From contig OY760175.1 of the NCBI GenBank assembly GCA_963663165.1, positions 1,152,001 through 1,216,000 on the forward strand: DNA of 64,000 nt, read 5' to 3'. The translations under genes and the position numbers were made by a program. The DNA comes from an uncultured Desulfospira sp. GTDB taxonomy: Bacteria; Desulfobacterota; Desulfobacteria; Desulfobacterales; Desulfobacteraceae. The notes beneath the pieces were generated by a model. That model saw only the letters and a program-made list of their open reading frames with translations, was not told where the DNA came from and ran no database searches. Numbering within the stretch: position 1 is the first letter of the stretch; each line of letters begins with the position of its first letter. Below are positions 10,382 to 20,451 of this stretch, in pieces.

Positions 10382-11293
10382 ACAAGTGGTGCTGGCATCC
10401 GGCCGTCACAAATCTATTCTAAAAATATCTGAAGCACCTTTTCCATCTGCCTGGCATATCGAAATATCGGGGCATCTGACAAAAAAAGAACTGAAACGCT
10501 CATTTCCCAAAGCAATATCAAATGATGAGCGATTCCTGGCAAAGGGAACTGACCAGCTCGCCCAAATACTGAGACGTTGTGCAGAACTGGCGGTATCACT
10601 CCCCGACCAGGCCTACCAAAACTATAATCAGCTGGTAAAAAACGAAATTAAAAACAACCGCCCGTCCAAAACAGAAGTGGAGCGGCTGATCCGCCAGAGA
10701 ATCGGGCAGTCTGTTTTCAAAGACGCATTACTGGATTATTGGGAGGGCCGCTGTGCCGTTACCGGTATTGCTCTTCCTCAGATCCTTCGCGCATGCCATA
10801 TCAAGCCCTGGGCCAAATGTGATACCGATAAGGAGCGCCTGGATGTTTTTAACGGCCTGCTCCTGAGCGCCAATCTGGACGCCCTGTTTGACCGGGGGCT
10901 GATCACCTTTAACGAAAATGGCAAACTGATATGTTCACCCCAGGTAAGCAAAGAGCATCAGAGCCTGCTCCAGTTAAAAGGAAACCCTCGCTTACGTTGG
11001 ATTTCTTCCGAACATACCAACTATCTTGACTGGCACAAAAAAAATATATTCAGCCCTTGTTAATTTTTCGGGCATACATCTTCTTCCTAAGCAAAATAGA
11101 GCAACTGGAAAGCAGCCTAAATCTTCGCTTCAATGCTACATAAAATAATCGGGATCAGACATAGCCATATCCCGTGATGTTCCACCGGCTGAAAGCCCGG
11201 GCATCATGTCCGGCAAAAATCTCCGGCATTGCGAATTTTCTACCAAAGGTATAGAACCATATTAAACACAGTGTCTCATATAGGAAAATAAAA

Positions 11294-11746
11294 ATGAAAA
11301 CCGCAAAAGACATCATGGAAAAACAAGTTATCTCCGTAACCCCGGAGACCGACATAACCCGGGCCGTGGAAATCCTGTTAAACAACCACATTAACGGCGT
11401 CCCTGTGGTGGATGAAACCGGCAGGCTCAAGGGAATTTTATGCCAGAGTGATCTGATTTTTGCGCAAAAAACCATCTCCCTGCCCCCCATCCTCACCTTT
11501 CTGGATGGTATTATTCCCTTATCTTCTTCTAAAAAGCTGGAGCTTGAAATGAAAAAAATAGCCGCCAGCACCGTGGCCCAAGCCATGGTTGCCGATCCGG
11601 TCACGGTAACACCGGACACACCGGTCAGCGACATTGCCGCCCTGATGGTTGAAAAGCACTTTCATACCATTCCTGTAGTTCAGGAAGGAAACCTGGTGGG
11701 AATTGTGGGCAAGGAAGATGTGTTAAAGACCATGATCAATCCATAA
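11294..11746 (+). CDS. CBS-domain pair protein
   Basis: Two CBS repeats (GVPVVDETGRLKGIL; IPVVQEGNLVGIV). Confidence 0.9.
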   Translation: MKTAKDIMEKQVISVTPETDITRAVEILLNNHINGVPVVDETGRLKGILCQSDLIFAQKTISLPPILTFLDGIIPLSSSKKLELEMKKIAASTVAQAMVADPVTVTPDTPVSDIAALMVEKHFHTIPVVQEGNLVGIVGKEDVLKTMINP

Positions 11747-11817
11747 GCCTTTGCACCCTTACCCTTTGAATGCCGAATTCATTTTCCCGGCCGCCTTTTG
11801 AATTCTCAGGCCGGTTT

Positions 11818-13665
11818 TCAATCCGGTACCGGCCTTTGCCTGAACTGGCTTTGATACAGCCGGTAATAGTGGCCCTTCCCGGCCAGAAGGTCCTTGTGAG
11901 AGCCCTGTTCGACAACCCTGCCCTGGTCAATGACCATTACCTGGTCGGCATTGGCAATGGTGGACAGGCGATGGGCAATGACAAAGCTTGTGCGATCTCG
12001 CATCAACCGGTCTAAGGCCTGCTGGATGAGAACCTCGGTGCGGGTGTCCACGGAGCTTGTGGCCTCGTCCAGGACCAGGATGGCCGGATCGGACAGGATG
12101 GCCCGGGCAATGGCCAAAAGCTGGCGCTGGCCCTGGGACAGGTTTGACCCCCGCTCGGAAAGCCGGGTGTTATAGCCCTGGGGCAGCCTTCGGATAAAAC
12201 CGTCTGCCCGGGCGGTCCGGGCAGCGGCAAAGACGTCTTCATCCGTGGCATTCAGCCGTCCGTAACGGATATTTTCCAGTACGGATTCACTGAATAAAAA
12301 GGTCTGCTGCAGCACCACGCCCAGCTGCCGCCGCAGGCTTTTCCGGGAAGCGGTGAGGATATCCACGCCGTCAATATAAATGGCTCCCCGGTCGTTATCG
12401 TAAAACCCGGACAAGAGGTTGATCAATGTGGTTTTTCCGGCGCCTGTAGGTCCCACCAGGGCAATGCGCTGACCGGGCCGGGCATGGAAACTGACATCAT
12501 TCAGCACCGGAACGCCGGGAATGTACGAAAAGCAGACCCGGTCAAACCGGACATCCCCGGCCACCTGCCTGAATTCATGAGCCCCGGGCGGATCGGTTAA
12601 GTCGGGAACCGTATCCATGATTTCAAATACCCGCTCCGCCCCGGCCAGGGCGGCCTGAACCTGATTGTACACATTGCCCAGCTGGCGCAGGGGCTCGGCA
12701 AACCGCCGGGAATATGAAATAAATGCGGCAATGGTGCCCACGGATACCATGCCGTGAATGGCCAGCCACCCCCCTAAGCCGCAGACCACGGCAATGTTAA
12801 GGTTGGACAAAATGCCCATCATGGGCATGACCAGAAGCGACAGGGTCATGGCGGCCGTTCCGGAAACCCGGACAGACTCATTGGCTTTATCAAACTGGGC
12901 CAGGGCGTTTTGCTCCTGCCCAAAGGCCAGTACCACCCGCTGGCCGCTGTAAGTTTCCTCCAAAGAGGCGTTCAGTTTACCCAGGTCCTTTTGATAGGCC
13001 TGAAATTTATTCCGGGTTTTCCGGCCCACCAGGCTCACAAGGCCGATCATCAGCGGAAAAGCCAGCATTGAACCTGTGGCCAGCCACGGGTTTAAAATAA
13101 AGATAATGAGCACAATCCCGATAAGGGTGGCAAGGCCGGTAAACAACTGGGCCGCATGGTTGGTCAGCACCTGGTTAATGGCATCCATGTCATTGGTCAG
13201 CCGGCTCATCAACTCTCCCTGGGAGCGGGTGTCAAAAAATTTGAGCGACAGGGTCTGCATATGGTTAAACAGGTCAGCGCGCAGGGTTCTCATGGCCTTT
13301 TGGGCCACCCGGGCAATGAAAAGGCCCTGGACCAGCTGGGCAGCTGCGGAAAGTACATAAGCCCCCAGCATGAGCAGGATGGGGATGATCACCGCACCTG
13401 GGTTATGGCTGCCCAACTGGTCTATGGCCCGGCCCACCAGGTAAGGCCCGGACAGGGCCATTGCCGTTCCCAAGACAGCGGCCCCAATGATCAGGCAAAG
13501 GGTGTTGCCATATGGGCTCAGGTATTGGGAAAGACGGCGCAGGGTCCCCCGGGCGTCTTTGGCGCGCCGGATGTCGCGCCCCTGAAAAGGGCCGCCGCCC
13601 CGGCCCGGGCCAGGCATCCCGGGAACAGTATGACGGTCAGATGGCCGGTTCAGGTTATGGGTCAT
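11818..13665 (-). CDS. ABC exporter, fused permease/ATPase (heterodimer subunit)
   Basis: GPTGAGKT, LSQGQRQ, LDEATS. Confidence 0.92.
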   Translation of the reverse strand: MTHNLNRPSDRHTVPGMPGPGRGGGPFQGRDIRRAKDARGTLRRLSQYLSPYGNTLCLIIGAAVLGTAMALSGPYLVGRAIDQLGSHNPGAVIIPILLMLGAYVLSAAAQLVQGLFIARVAQKAMRTLRADLFNHMQTLSLKFFDTRSQGELMSRLTNDMDAINQVLTNHAAQLFTGLATLIGIVLIIFILNPWLATGSMLAFPLMIGLVSLVGRKTRNKFQAYQKDLGKLNASLEETYSGQRVVLAFGQEQNALAQFDKANESVRVSGTAAMTLSLLVMPMMGILSNLNIAVVCGLGGWLAIHGMVSVGTIAAFISYSRRFAEPLRQLGNVYNQVQAALAGAERVFEIMDTVPDLTDPPGAHEFRQVAGDVRFDRVCFSYIPGVPVLNDVSFHARPGQRIALVGPTGAGKTTLINLLSGFYDNDRGAIYIDGVDILTASRKSLRRQLGVVLQQTFLFSESVLENIRYGRLNATDEDVFAAARTARADGFIRRLPQGYNTRLSERGSNLSQGQRQLLAIARAILSDPAILVLDEATSSVDTRTEVLIQQALDRLMRDRTSFVIAHRLSTIANADQVMVIDQGRVVEQGSHKDLLAGKGHYYRLYQSQFRQRPVPD

Positions 13666-15425
13666 GGGGTCGCCCTTTCAATCCCGGAGCCGGCTAATTG
13701 AGAGCGGTAAATATCCTGATAAATAGGGCTTGATAAAAGAAGCTGCTCATGGGTGCCGGCGGCCGCAATCCGGCCCTGGTCAAGAAGAAGAATTCTGTCG
13801 GCATTGAGGACCGTGCTGATGCGCTGGGCCACCACAAACCGGGTAACCCCGGGCTTTTGGCCGGCGGCCCATTGGTCCAGGGCCTGTTGAAGCTTAAATT
13901 CCGTGTCCGCATCCAGGGCGCTGGTGGCATCGTCCAGAATCAGCACCCTGGGCCTGACCAGCAGGGCCCTGGCAATGGCAATCCGCTGCTGCTGCCCCCC
14001 GGAAAGGGTTGATCCGCGCTGGCCGATTTTTGTATCCAGCCCTTGGGGCATGCGCTGGATAAATTCCGTTGCCTGGGCCACCTGGGCCGCCGCCGTCACC
14101 TCTTCCGGAGTAGCGGTCATCCGGCCGTAGCGAATGTTGTCGCCAATGGTTCCGCTGAACAGCACGGCCTCCTGGAGAACCACCCCCACAGCGCTGCGCA
14201 GCCTTCCCAAATCCAGTTGTCTGACATCAATGCCGTCAAGGGTCACCCGGCCGTGGGCAACATCGTAAAACCGAGGGATCAGATGGACCAGGGATGATTT
14301 CCCGGCACCGGTGGCACCGAGAATGGCCACGGTTTCCCCGGGTTCGGCGGCAAAGGTCAAATCGTTTAAAACCGGTTCGGCACAGTCGTCGCCATAACTG
14401 AAACAGACCTTTTCAAAGGTGATCCGGCCCTTAAAATCCACCGGGCCTTCCGGAGACGGCGGCGGTTTGACCCCGGGCGCGGCATCCAGCACCTCCAGAA
14501 TCCTTCCGGCCGAGGCATCGGCTGCGGCCAGGGGACCGAGCATGCCCCCCAGCAAAAGGACCGGAAAAAGCGAAAACCCCAGATAATTGATGGCCGCCAC
14601 CATATGGCCAAGGGACATGTCCCCGGACTGAACACTGCCGCTGCCAAGCCAGATAGCGCCCACCAGGGCCAGGTTCAGGACCAGGTGCATCAGCGGCATG
14701 AACACGGCGGCCAGTTCAGAGACCTTTACGGCCTGGGCCATGAGTTCCTGGTTGGCATGATCAAACCGTGTGATTTCATGGGCCGTTCGGACAAAGGCCT
14801 TGACCACCCGGATACCGGCCAGGTTTTCCTGAAGGATGGTATTCATCCGGTCAAGGCGTTCCTGCATTTTTAAAAACAACTGGCGGGACCTTCTGGCAAA
14901 TACCCGCATCATGCCAATGATAAAGGGCACAAAAACCGCTGCCGTAAGCGCCAGGCGGGGGCTTGTCATGGCCAGCATCACAATGGCCCCGGCCGCCCAG
15001 ACCGGGGCCCTGGTCATGATGCGCAAAGACAGGATCACGATGGTCTGTACCGTGTTGACATCACTGGTGGAGCGGACAATAAGGCTGCCGGTCTTCAGAT
15101 GATCCAGGTTCCCAAAGGAAAAGGACTGGACCTTTCGCATCAAAGCGCTTCGCAGGTTGGCCCCGAATCCCATGGCCGCCACCACCGACAGCCGGTTGTT
15201 GGCCAGGGCAAAGACCATGGAAAGGATGGCGGCACCGGCCATGCCAAGGGCCGTGGTCACCACCACAGAAAGGTCATTGGCCAGGATTCCCTGATCAATG
15301 ATCCGCTGGGCCAGGCGGGGAATGGCAAGGTCGGCCGCCACCATGAACAGCAGCAGGACCAGGGCGGTCACCGCCTGGAAGCCATAGGGGCGCAAAAACC
15401 GGTAAAGGCGGGGAAGAAATGTCAC
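13662..15425 (-). CDS. ABC exporter, fused permease/ATPase (heterodimer subunit with degenerate site)
   Basis: GATGAGKS, LSGGQQQ, LDDATS, AQRIS; the D-for-E and Q-for-H changes are typical of TM287-like subunits. Confidence 0.92.
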   Translation of the reverse strand: MTFLPRLYRFLRPYGFQAVTALVLLLFMVAADLAIPRLAQRIIDQGILANDLSVVVTTALGMAGAAILSMVFALANNRLSVVAAMGFGANLRSALMRKVQSFSFGNLDHLKTGSLIVRSTSDVNTVQTIVILSLRIMTRAPVWAAGAIVMLAMTSPRLALTAAVFVPFIIGMMRVFARRSRQLFLKMQERLDRMNTILQENLAGIRVVKAFVRTAHEITRFDHANQELMAQAVKVSELAAVFMPLMHLVLNLALVGAIWLGSGSVQSGDMSLGHMVAAINYLGFSLFPVLLLGGMLGPLAAADASAGRILEVLDAAPGVKPPPSPEGPVDFKGRITFEKVCFSYGDDCAEPVLNDLTFAAEPGETVAILGATGAGKSSLVHLIPRFYDVAHGRVTLDGIDVRQLDLGRLRSAVGVVLQEAVLFSGTIGDNIRYGRMTATPEEVTAAAQVAQATEFIQRMPQGLDTKIGQRGSTLSGGQQQRIAIARALLVRPRVLILDDATSALDADTEFKLQQALDQWAAGQKPGVTRFVVAQRISTVLNADRILLLDQGRIAAAGTHEQLLLSSPIYQDIYRSQLAGSGIERATP

Positions 15426-15925
15426 CGGTCCCCCTGACGGGTATCTTCTGACCCTTTCGGGCCGTTGGCATCTTGTTCCCGGGTTTGCCCGGACAAATGA
15501 TGCTGGACTTTGAGCAGGGAAGAGACCAGATTGTCCTGTTCGGCCCGGCTCAGCACCGAGGTGAGTTCAAGGTCCAGCTCTTTAAAAGTTTTACGGATTT
15601 CCCTGCCCAGGGATCTGGCTTTTTCAGTCAAAAACACCTGGATGACCCTCTGATCGGCCGCCAGTCGCCGGCGCTGGACCCAGCCGTTTTTTTCCATTCG
15701 CTGCAGGGTGCTGGTGGTCGTGGCCGGGGTGATGTTCAAGGCATGGGCAAGGGTCGCCTGGGCCACCCCGTCTTTATGCCAGAGATCAGCCAGCACCATC
15801 CCCTGGGTATGGGACAGCCCGAACTCATGCAGTTTTAAGCGCATGCGCATCCCCACAAGCCGGCTGACATGGGCCAGCAGATGCCCGATGGTCTGTTTTT
15901 GAGAATCTGAATTAAAATGGGTCAT
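15422..15925 (-). CDS. MarR-family regulator heading the ABC exporter operon
   Basis: ATTTSTLQRMEKNGWVQR...DQR wHTH; overlaps the ABC gene start. Confidence 0.9.
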   Translation of the reverse strand: MTHFNSDSQKQTIGHLLAHVSRLVGMRMRLKLHEFGLSHTQGMVLADLWHKDGVAQATLAHALNITPATTTSTLQRMEKNGWVQRRRLAADQRVIQVFLTEKARSLGREIRKTFKELDLELTSVLSRAEQDNLVSSLLKVQHHLSGQTREQDANGPKGSEDTRQGDR

Positions 15926-15942
15926 TTTTATTAGCGGTCTAA

Positions 15943-15964
15943 TTATTAGATATCAAACTAATAA
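15943..15964. promoter_or_regulatory. Inverted repeat, possible MarR operator
   Basis: ttattag-N8-ctaataa directly upstream of marR. Confidence 0.45.
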
Positions 15965-16202
15965 CTGGGCTGAAATATATTGTCAACCCAAAACACACGG
16001 GATAAAAGAAAACCGGAAACGAAAGACCGGATATGGCGCCCCCCTCTGGTTTATGCATTCCGGTGTGCGGTTTTCGGTTTGTTTCATTTTCCCCTGATTT
16101 ATCCCAGGCTGATCCGGGTGTCAGCATTTCTTACACCTTGGAAAAACAGCCCGGCACTTTTTTTTCATCTGCATTTTCCCAAAGGCTGCCTCATCCGGGA
16201 TT

Positions 16203-16293
16203 TATATCAAAGTCTCACTAACATCTTGAGAAGACTTTAAAGCATTTGTTGTGGGCGGTTCTTGGTTGGATAACCAAGCGGCCCGTGGCCGTT
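16203..16293 (+). repeat. Dispersed ~95-bp intergenic repeat, copy 1
   Basis: aaagtctcactaacatcttgagaagacttt...gggcggttcttggttggataaccaag...ggcccgtggccgtt. Confidence 0.85.
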
Positions 16294-16376
16294 TCGCCGA
16301 TGAATTCACAAAAATCTTACCCCTTCCCCCCTTTATTGTGCCGGATTTGGCCCGACCCGTGCCCCGCCGGCCCTGT

Positions 16377-16393
16377 CTGGCACCCAACTTGCT
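16377..16393 (+). promoter_or_regulatory. Sigma-54 (-24/-12) promoter
   Basis: CTGGCAC-ccaac-TTGCT, a consensus match about 90 bp upstream of the kinase gene. Confidence 0.7.
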
Positions 16394-16479
16394 ACTGTCC
16401 TGTATAGTTCAATATAGAACCAGGGGCTTGAAAGTCCTTTACTGATGAATGGCAATGAATTGCCAGGGGGGAAGACTTC

Positions 16480-18321
16480 ATGTTTTATTCTACCCGGTCC
16501 AAACTTGTTTTAGGCCTGATCAGTGTTGCGCTGGTGGTGGGGAGCATCTCATTTACGGCCGGCTGGCGCCTCCTGTACAACTCTGTACTCAATGAAGCGT
16601 TTAACCGGGTCCGGCAGGACCTGAATGTGGCCCGGGTCATCTATGACGACCGGGTTAAGGCCATTTGCATTTCCCTCCAAACCGCTGCTGAGGCCGATGA
16701 CCTGAAATCCGCACTGGCCCATAAGGATTTACGCCTTCCCATGGATCGGGTCCGCCACCAGTCCCTCAAGCTCAACCTGGATTTTTCCGGCATTTTGACC
16801 CCCGACGGCCAGGTCATTCCCTGTTCCGGCTTTGAGGCATCACCCCCTCCCCAAAAAGCCGACCTGCCCATGGCCGCAAAAGCCTTTCAAGAAAAACAGA
16901 CCATATCCGGAACCGCCATCGCCGGCCAGGGGCTTGTGGCCGGGGCGGCTGTTCCCGTCACCTTTGGCAATGGCGTCACCGCGGTTGTTTTCGGCGGTAT
17001 CCGCCTGAACCAGGATGTGACCATTGTGGACAAGATCGGGGATACGGTGTTTAGAAACGAGGTGTACAAGGGACGGAATGTGGGCACGGCCACCATCTTT
17101 TTTAAAGACTTGAGAATCTCCACCTCGGTACTGACCTCTGACGGGACAAGGGCCGTGGGCACCCGGGCAAGCGACGCGGTTGCCCGTCAGGTGCTGGGCA
17201 ACGGCCTGAACTGGACCGACCGGGCCTTTGTGGTCAATGACTGGTACATCACCGCTTATGAACCCATCCTGGACATTTTTGGGAACCGGGCCGGCATGCT
17301 TTATGTCGGGGTACTGGAAGCCAAATACAGGGATGTCCGGCAAAAAGCCATCTGGCTGTTTTCCGCCGTCATCCTGGTGGGGGTGCTGCTGGCCATTGGT
17401 GCCGGTACCCTTCTGGCCGCCCGGATCATGCAGCCGGTCAGCCACCTGATCCAGGCCAGCGCCCAGATCGCCAAAGGCAACCTGTCGCCGGATATCGGAC
17501 CGGCCAGCTCAGGCGACATCGGGCTGCTTCAAAAGGCCTTTATATCCATGTCCCAGTCCCTGGTCAGGCGGAATCAGGAACAGCTCGAAGAACGAAGACG
17601 GGAGCTGATCCGATCGGAAAAACAGGCCAGCATCGGCAAACTGGCTGCCGGGGTGGCCCATGAAATCAACAATCCCCTGACACCGGTACTGACCTTTACC
17701 CATCTGCTTTTAAACAGAAAAGACCTGCCCGAGCCGGTGCGAAAAGACCTTGAGACCATTGCCTTTCAGACCGAACGGGTCAGAAAGATTGTCAAAGGAC
17801 TGCTGGACTTTTCCCGACAGCCCAAGCTGGACCGGGAGACCATTGATCCGGGTGCGCTGCTGTCGGACACGGTGGAGCTGATGAAAAACCAGGCCCTGCT
17901 CCAGCAGGTTTCTCTTGTTTATGAAGGGCAAATACCCCTGCCCCTGGTCCGGATCGATAAAAACCAGATCCAGAGTGTGATCGTCAACCTGGTGATCAAT
18001 GCCCTGGATGCCACCGGACCCGGCGGCAGTGTCCGGGTAACCGCCATGCCTTTTGTTGAAAATCAGGTTGAGGGCATTGAAATTAAGGTCCGGGATACCG
18101 GTTCAGGCATCAGTCCTGAAGATATGAACAAACTGTTTGAACCTTTTTTTACCACCAAGCCGGCCGGAGAGGGCACCGGCTTAGGCCTTGCCGTATCCCT
18201 TGGCATTGTGGAGCGCCATGGCGGCCGGATCAGGGTGGAAAGCAGCCCGGGCCAGGGGGCTTGTTTTTTTGTCCGGCTGCCCTGCAATACCCGGGAAACG
18301 GCGGCAAAGGAGGGGATATGA
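16480..18321 (+). CDS. Membrane sensor histidine kinase (Cache-HAMP-HisKA-HATPase)
   Basis: 2 TM segments, GTATIF...RIST Cache-like region, AHEINNPL H-box, NALDA, DTGSG, GTGLGL. Confidence 0.92.
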   Translation: MFYSTRSKLVLGLISVALVVGSISFTAGWRLLYNSVLNEAFNRVRQDLNVARVIYDDRVKAICISLQTAAEADDLKSALAHKDLRLPMDRVRHQSLKLNLDFSGILTPDGQVIPCSGFEASPPPQKADLPMAAKAFQEKQTISGTAIAGQGLVAGAAVPVTFGNGVTAVVFGGIRLNQDVTIVDKIGDTVFRNEVYKGRNVGTATIFFKDLRISTSVLTSDGTRAVGTRASDAVARQVLGNGLNWTDRAFVVNDWYITAYEPILDIFGNRAGMLYVGVLEAKYRDVRQKAIWLFSAVILVGVLLAIGAGTLLAARIMQPVSHLIQASAQIAKGNLSPDIGPASSGDIGLLQKAFISMSQSLVRRNQEQLEERRRELIRSEKQASIGKLAAGVAHEINNPLTPVLTFTHLLLNRKDLPEPVRKDLETIAFQTERVRKIVKGLLDFSRQPKLDRETIDPGALLSDTVELMKNQALLQQVSLVYEGQIPLPLVRIDKNQIQSVIVNLVINALDATGPGGSVRVTAMPFVENQVEGIEIKVRDTGSGISPEDMNKLFEPFFTTKPAGEGTGLGLAVSLGIVERHGGRIRVESSPGQGACFFVRLPCNTRETAAKEGI

Positions 18322-18731
18322 ACATTCTGGTAGTGGACGATGATGGCATGGTGGTGGAAAGCTGCAAACGGATTCTTCTCGATGCCGGATTTGCCGTGAT
18401 CACAGCCCCGGATGCGCACACGGCCATCACCTTGCTCAAAGAGGGCACCACGTCCGTGGACATGGTCCTTACGGACATCAAAATGCCGGGCATGGACGGA
18501 TTCAGTTTAATTGAACAGATCAACCAGGCCTTTCCCGGGACCGCGGTCCTGATGATGACCGGCTACCTTGTGCCGGAAACAAAAATCAAAGGATCGGATC
18601 TCGGGGCCCGGGGCTGCATTGCCAAACCCTTTACCCCGGATGAACTCACCTATGCGGTAAAAAAGGCAATGACGGCAGCAGAACCATATTCTTCCCCGGT
18701 TCAGGGGATAACAAAGGGAGACAAAAAATGA
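18318..18731 (+). CDS. Single-domain response regulator (REC)
   Basis: ILVVDDD, TDIKMPGMDG, MTG, KPF; ATG at 18318 with RBS. Confidence 0.88.
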   Translation: MNILVVDDDGMVVESCKRILLDAGFAVITAPDAHTAITLLKEGTTSVDMVLTDIKMPGMDGFSLIEQINQAFPGTAVLMMTGYLVPETKIKGSDLGARGCIAKPFTPDELTYAVKKAMTAAEPYSSPVQGITKGDKK

Positions 18732-19987
18732 AAAAAGACCGGATGCTTGTAATTGATGATGACAATGCCGTCCTGATTTCCTGTCAGGCAATTTTCCGGG
18801 ATAGCGGGTTTGAGGTGGATGTGACCTCAGACCCCAGGGCAGGGATTGAAATGAGCACCAAAGGTAACTATGCCGTTATCTTATGCGACTGGAAAATGCC
18901 GGGTCTCAACGGTCTGGATGTGATATCCGAACTTGAAGAGCGCAGCCCGGATTCCGCCGTGGTCATGTTCAGCGGCTTTCCATCCCCGGACCGGGCGGCA
19001 GAGGCCATTAAAAGAGGGGCCATGGAATTTCTAACCAAACCCTTTACCCCGGATGAACTCACCGGTGCGGTCCAAAAGGCCCTTAAGGGAAAGGTGAACC
19101 AGGAGAAAAAAGTCATGACCCGGGCCCAGCAGGTGCTTGGAAAATTCCCGGTGCCCAGCCTGGACGACAAGGGGCCCGGGATCATTGCCGAAACCGTGGC
19201 CCAGACCGTGGGCGTGGCCAAGGCCAACTCTCCCTGGATCTCTTTGTTTGTCCTGGGGGTACTGGCCGGGGCCTATATCGGATTTGGCGGGCTTTTTTCC
19301 ACCTCCGTCACCTTTGACTTTTCCCCTGCCCTGGGGCTGGGCTTTAAGAAACTGGTCTCTGGCGCGGCCTTCAGTATTGGCCTGATGCTGGTGGTGATCG
19401 CCGGTGCCGAGCTGTTTACCGGCAACAGCCTCATGGTGTCCAGTGTCATGACCGGGCAGATCACCTTAAAAAAGATGGCGGCCCAGTGGGGCATTGTCTA
19501 TGGGGCCAATTTCCTGGGGTCTGTGCTGCTGGCCCTTCTGTTCTACGGGTCCGGCCTGTGGAAGGCCGGCAATGGCCAGCTGGGACTTTCAGCGGTCAAC
19601 GTTGCCCTGGCCAAGGTTCACCTGCCCTGGAGCGAAGCCTTTATCCGGGCTGTGGGGTGTAACTGGATGGTCTGCCTGGCCGTGTGGATGGCCCTGGCCT
19701 CCCGCCAGACCATTTCCAAGATCTTTGCCGTTTTCTTTCCCATCATGGGGTTTGTGGCCATTGGATTTGAGCATTGCGTGGCCAACATGTACTTTATCCC
19801 CTCGGGTATTTTTCTTTCCCATTGGGCCGGGATCGCCGGGCCTGCCGGTGCTGACCTGACCTGGACCGCCTTTATTGTTAACAACCTGGTGCCGGTCACC
19901 CTGGGCAATATTATTGGCGGTGCTTTGTTTGTGGGGGTGGGTTACTGGGGGGCCTACTTAAGGCCCAAGGCCGATGCCGTCCGATAG
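18728..19987 (+). CDS. REC domain fused to a formate/nitrite transporter (FNT) channel
   Basis: N-terminal REC (VIDDD, DWKMPG, KPF); C-terminal GAELFTGN, CNWMVCLAVW, FEHCVANMY, TLGNIIGG. Confidence 0.9.
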   Translation: MKKDRMLVIDDDNAVLISCQAIFRDSGFEVDVTSDPRAGIEMSTKGNYAVILCDWKMPGLNGLDVISELEERSPDSAVVMFSGFPSPDRAAEAIKRGAMEFLTKPFTPDELTGAVQKALKGKVNQEKKVMTRAQQVLGKFPVPSLDDKGPGIIAETVAQTVGVAKANSPWISLFVLGVLAGAYIGFGGLFSTSVTFDFSPALGLGFKKLVSGAAFSIGLMLVVIAGAELFTGNSLMVSSVMTGQITLKKMAAQWGIVYGANFLGSVLLALLFYGSGLWKAGNGQLGLSAVNVALAKVHLPWSEAFIRAVGCNWMVCLAVWMALASRQTISKIFAVFFPIMGFVAIGFEHCVANMYFIPSGIFLSHWAGIAGPAGADLTWTAFIVNNLVPVTLGNIIGGALFVGVGYWGAYLRPKADAVR

Positions 19988-20108
19988 CCGGTGTCTGGGT
20001 GGACCTTGTGGACATGGTGGCCCCAGTGGACCTTTGTGACTGAGAATTGTTTACGGATCGGGGCCTTACATGGGGTGGCCGGGGTTATGATGGAACCGGG
20101 GAAAAAGG

Positions 20109-20145
20109 AAGACAGGGAGGGCATTTTCTTTGCCCTCCCTGTCTT
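20109..20145. terminator. Bidirectional intrinsic terminator
   Basis: aagacagggagggca-N7-tgccctccctgtctt between convergent genes. Confidence 0.75.
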
Positions 20146-20156
20146 TTACGGCGTTC

Positions 20157-20405
20157 TCATAATTTAGGTGAAATTTCAATGCCAGGCTGGATCTTTTCAA
20201 TTTTAATGGTTTCTTTCTGGGGTTTTTTCTCGTTTTCCGCCTGGACGTGCTTGACGGTTTCAGTGCCTGCGACAACCGCCACAAAAATGGACCCGCAGAT
20301 AACGGTCAGTGCCGTTGTCCCAACAAATGCCTGGGCTGAATGAACTGTGCCAAACGATACCATCGCCAGGATGGCGATCCCTATCACTAAGCTTTTTTTC
20401 ATCAT
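20157..20405 (-). CDS. Small exported or membrane hypothetical protein
   Basis: GGAGG RBS, MMKKSLVIGIAIL...AQA signal peptide, second hydrophobic stretch. Confidence 0.6.
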   Translation of the reverse strand: MMKKSLVIGIAILAMVSFGTVHSAQAFVGTTALTVICGSIFVAVVAGTETVKHVQAENEKKPQKETIKIEKIQPGIEISPKL

Positions 20406-20451
20406 CACAACCTCCTTGATTATTTCGGTTGCACCGATTTCCGGCTTTAAC

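Larger units (their letters stand above)
8317..11063 (+). pseudogene. HNH endonuclease gene interrupted by a group II intron (exons 8317-8396 and 10382-11063)
   Basis: Removing 8397-10381 rejoins ...SDE-Q-Q-VVLASGRH in frame; C-terminal RIGQ..F, CAVTG, ACHIKPW, NGLLLSANLDALFDRGLI HNH motifs. Confidence 0.85.

Noticed and set aside
8290..10450. Integron attC site at the intron target
   Set aside because: No RYYYAAC/GTTRRRY paired boxes or integrase seen; the site lies inside a CDS
19999..20034. Four degenerate 9-bp gtggac repeats
   Set aside because: Short and degenerate, with no supportable function
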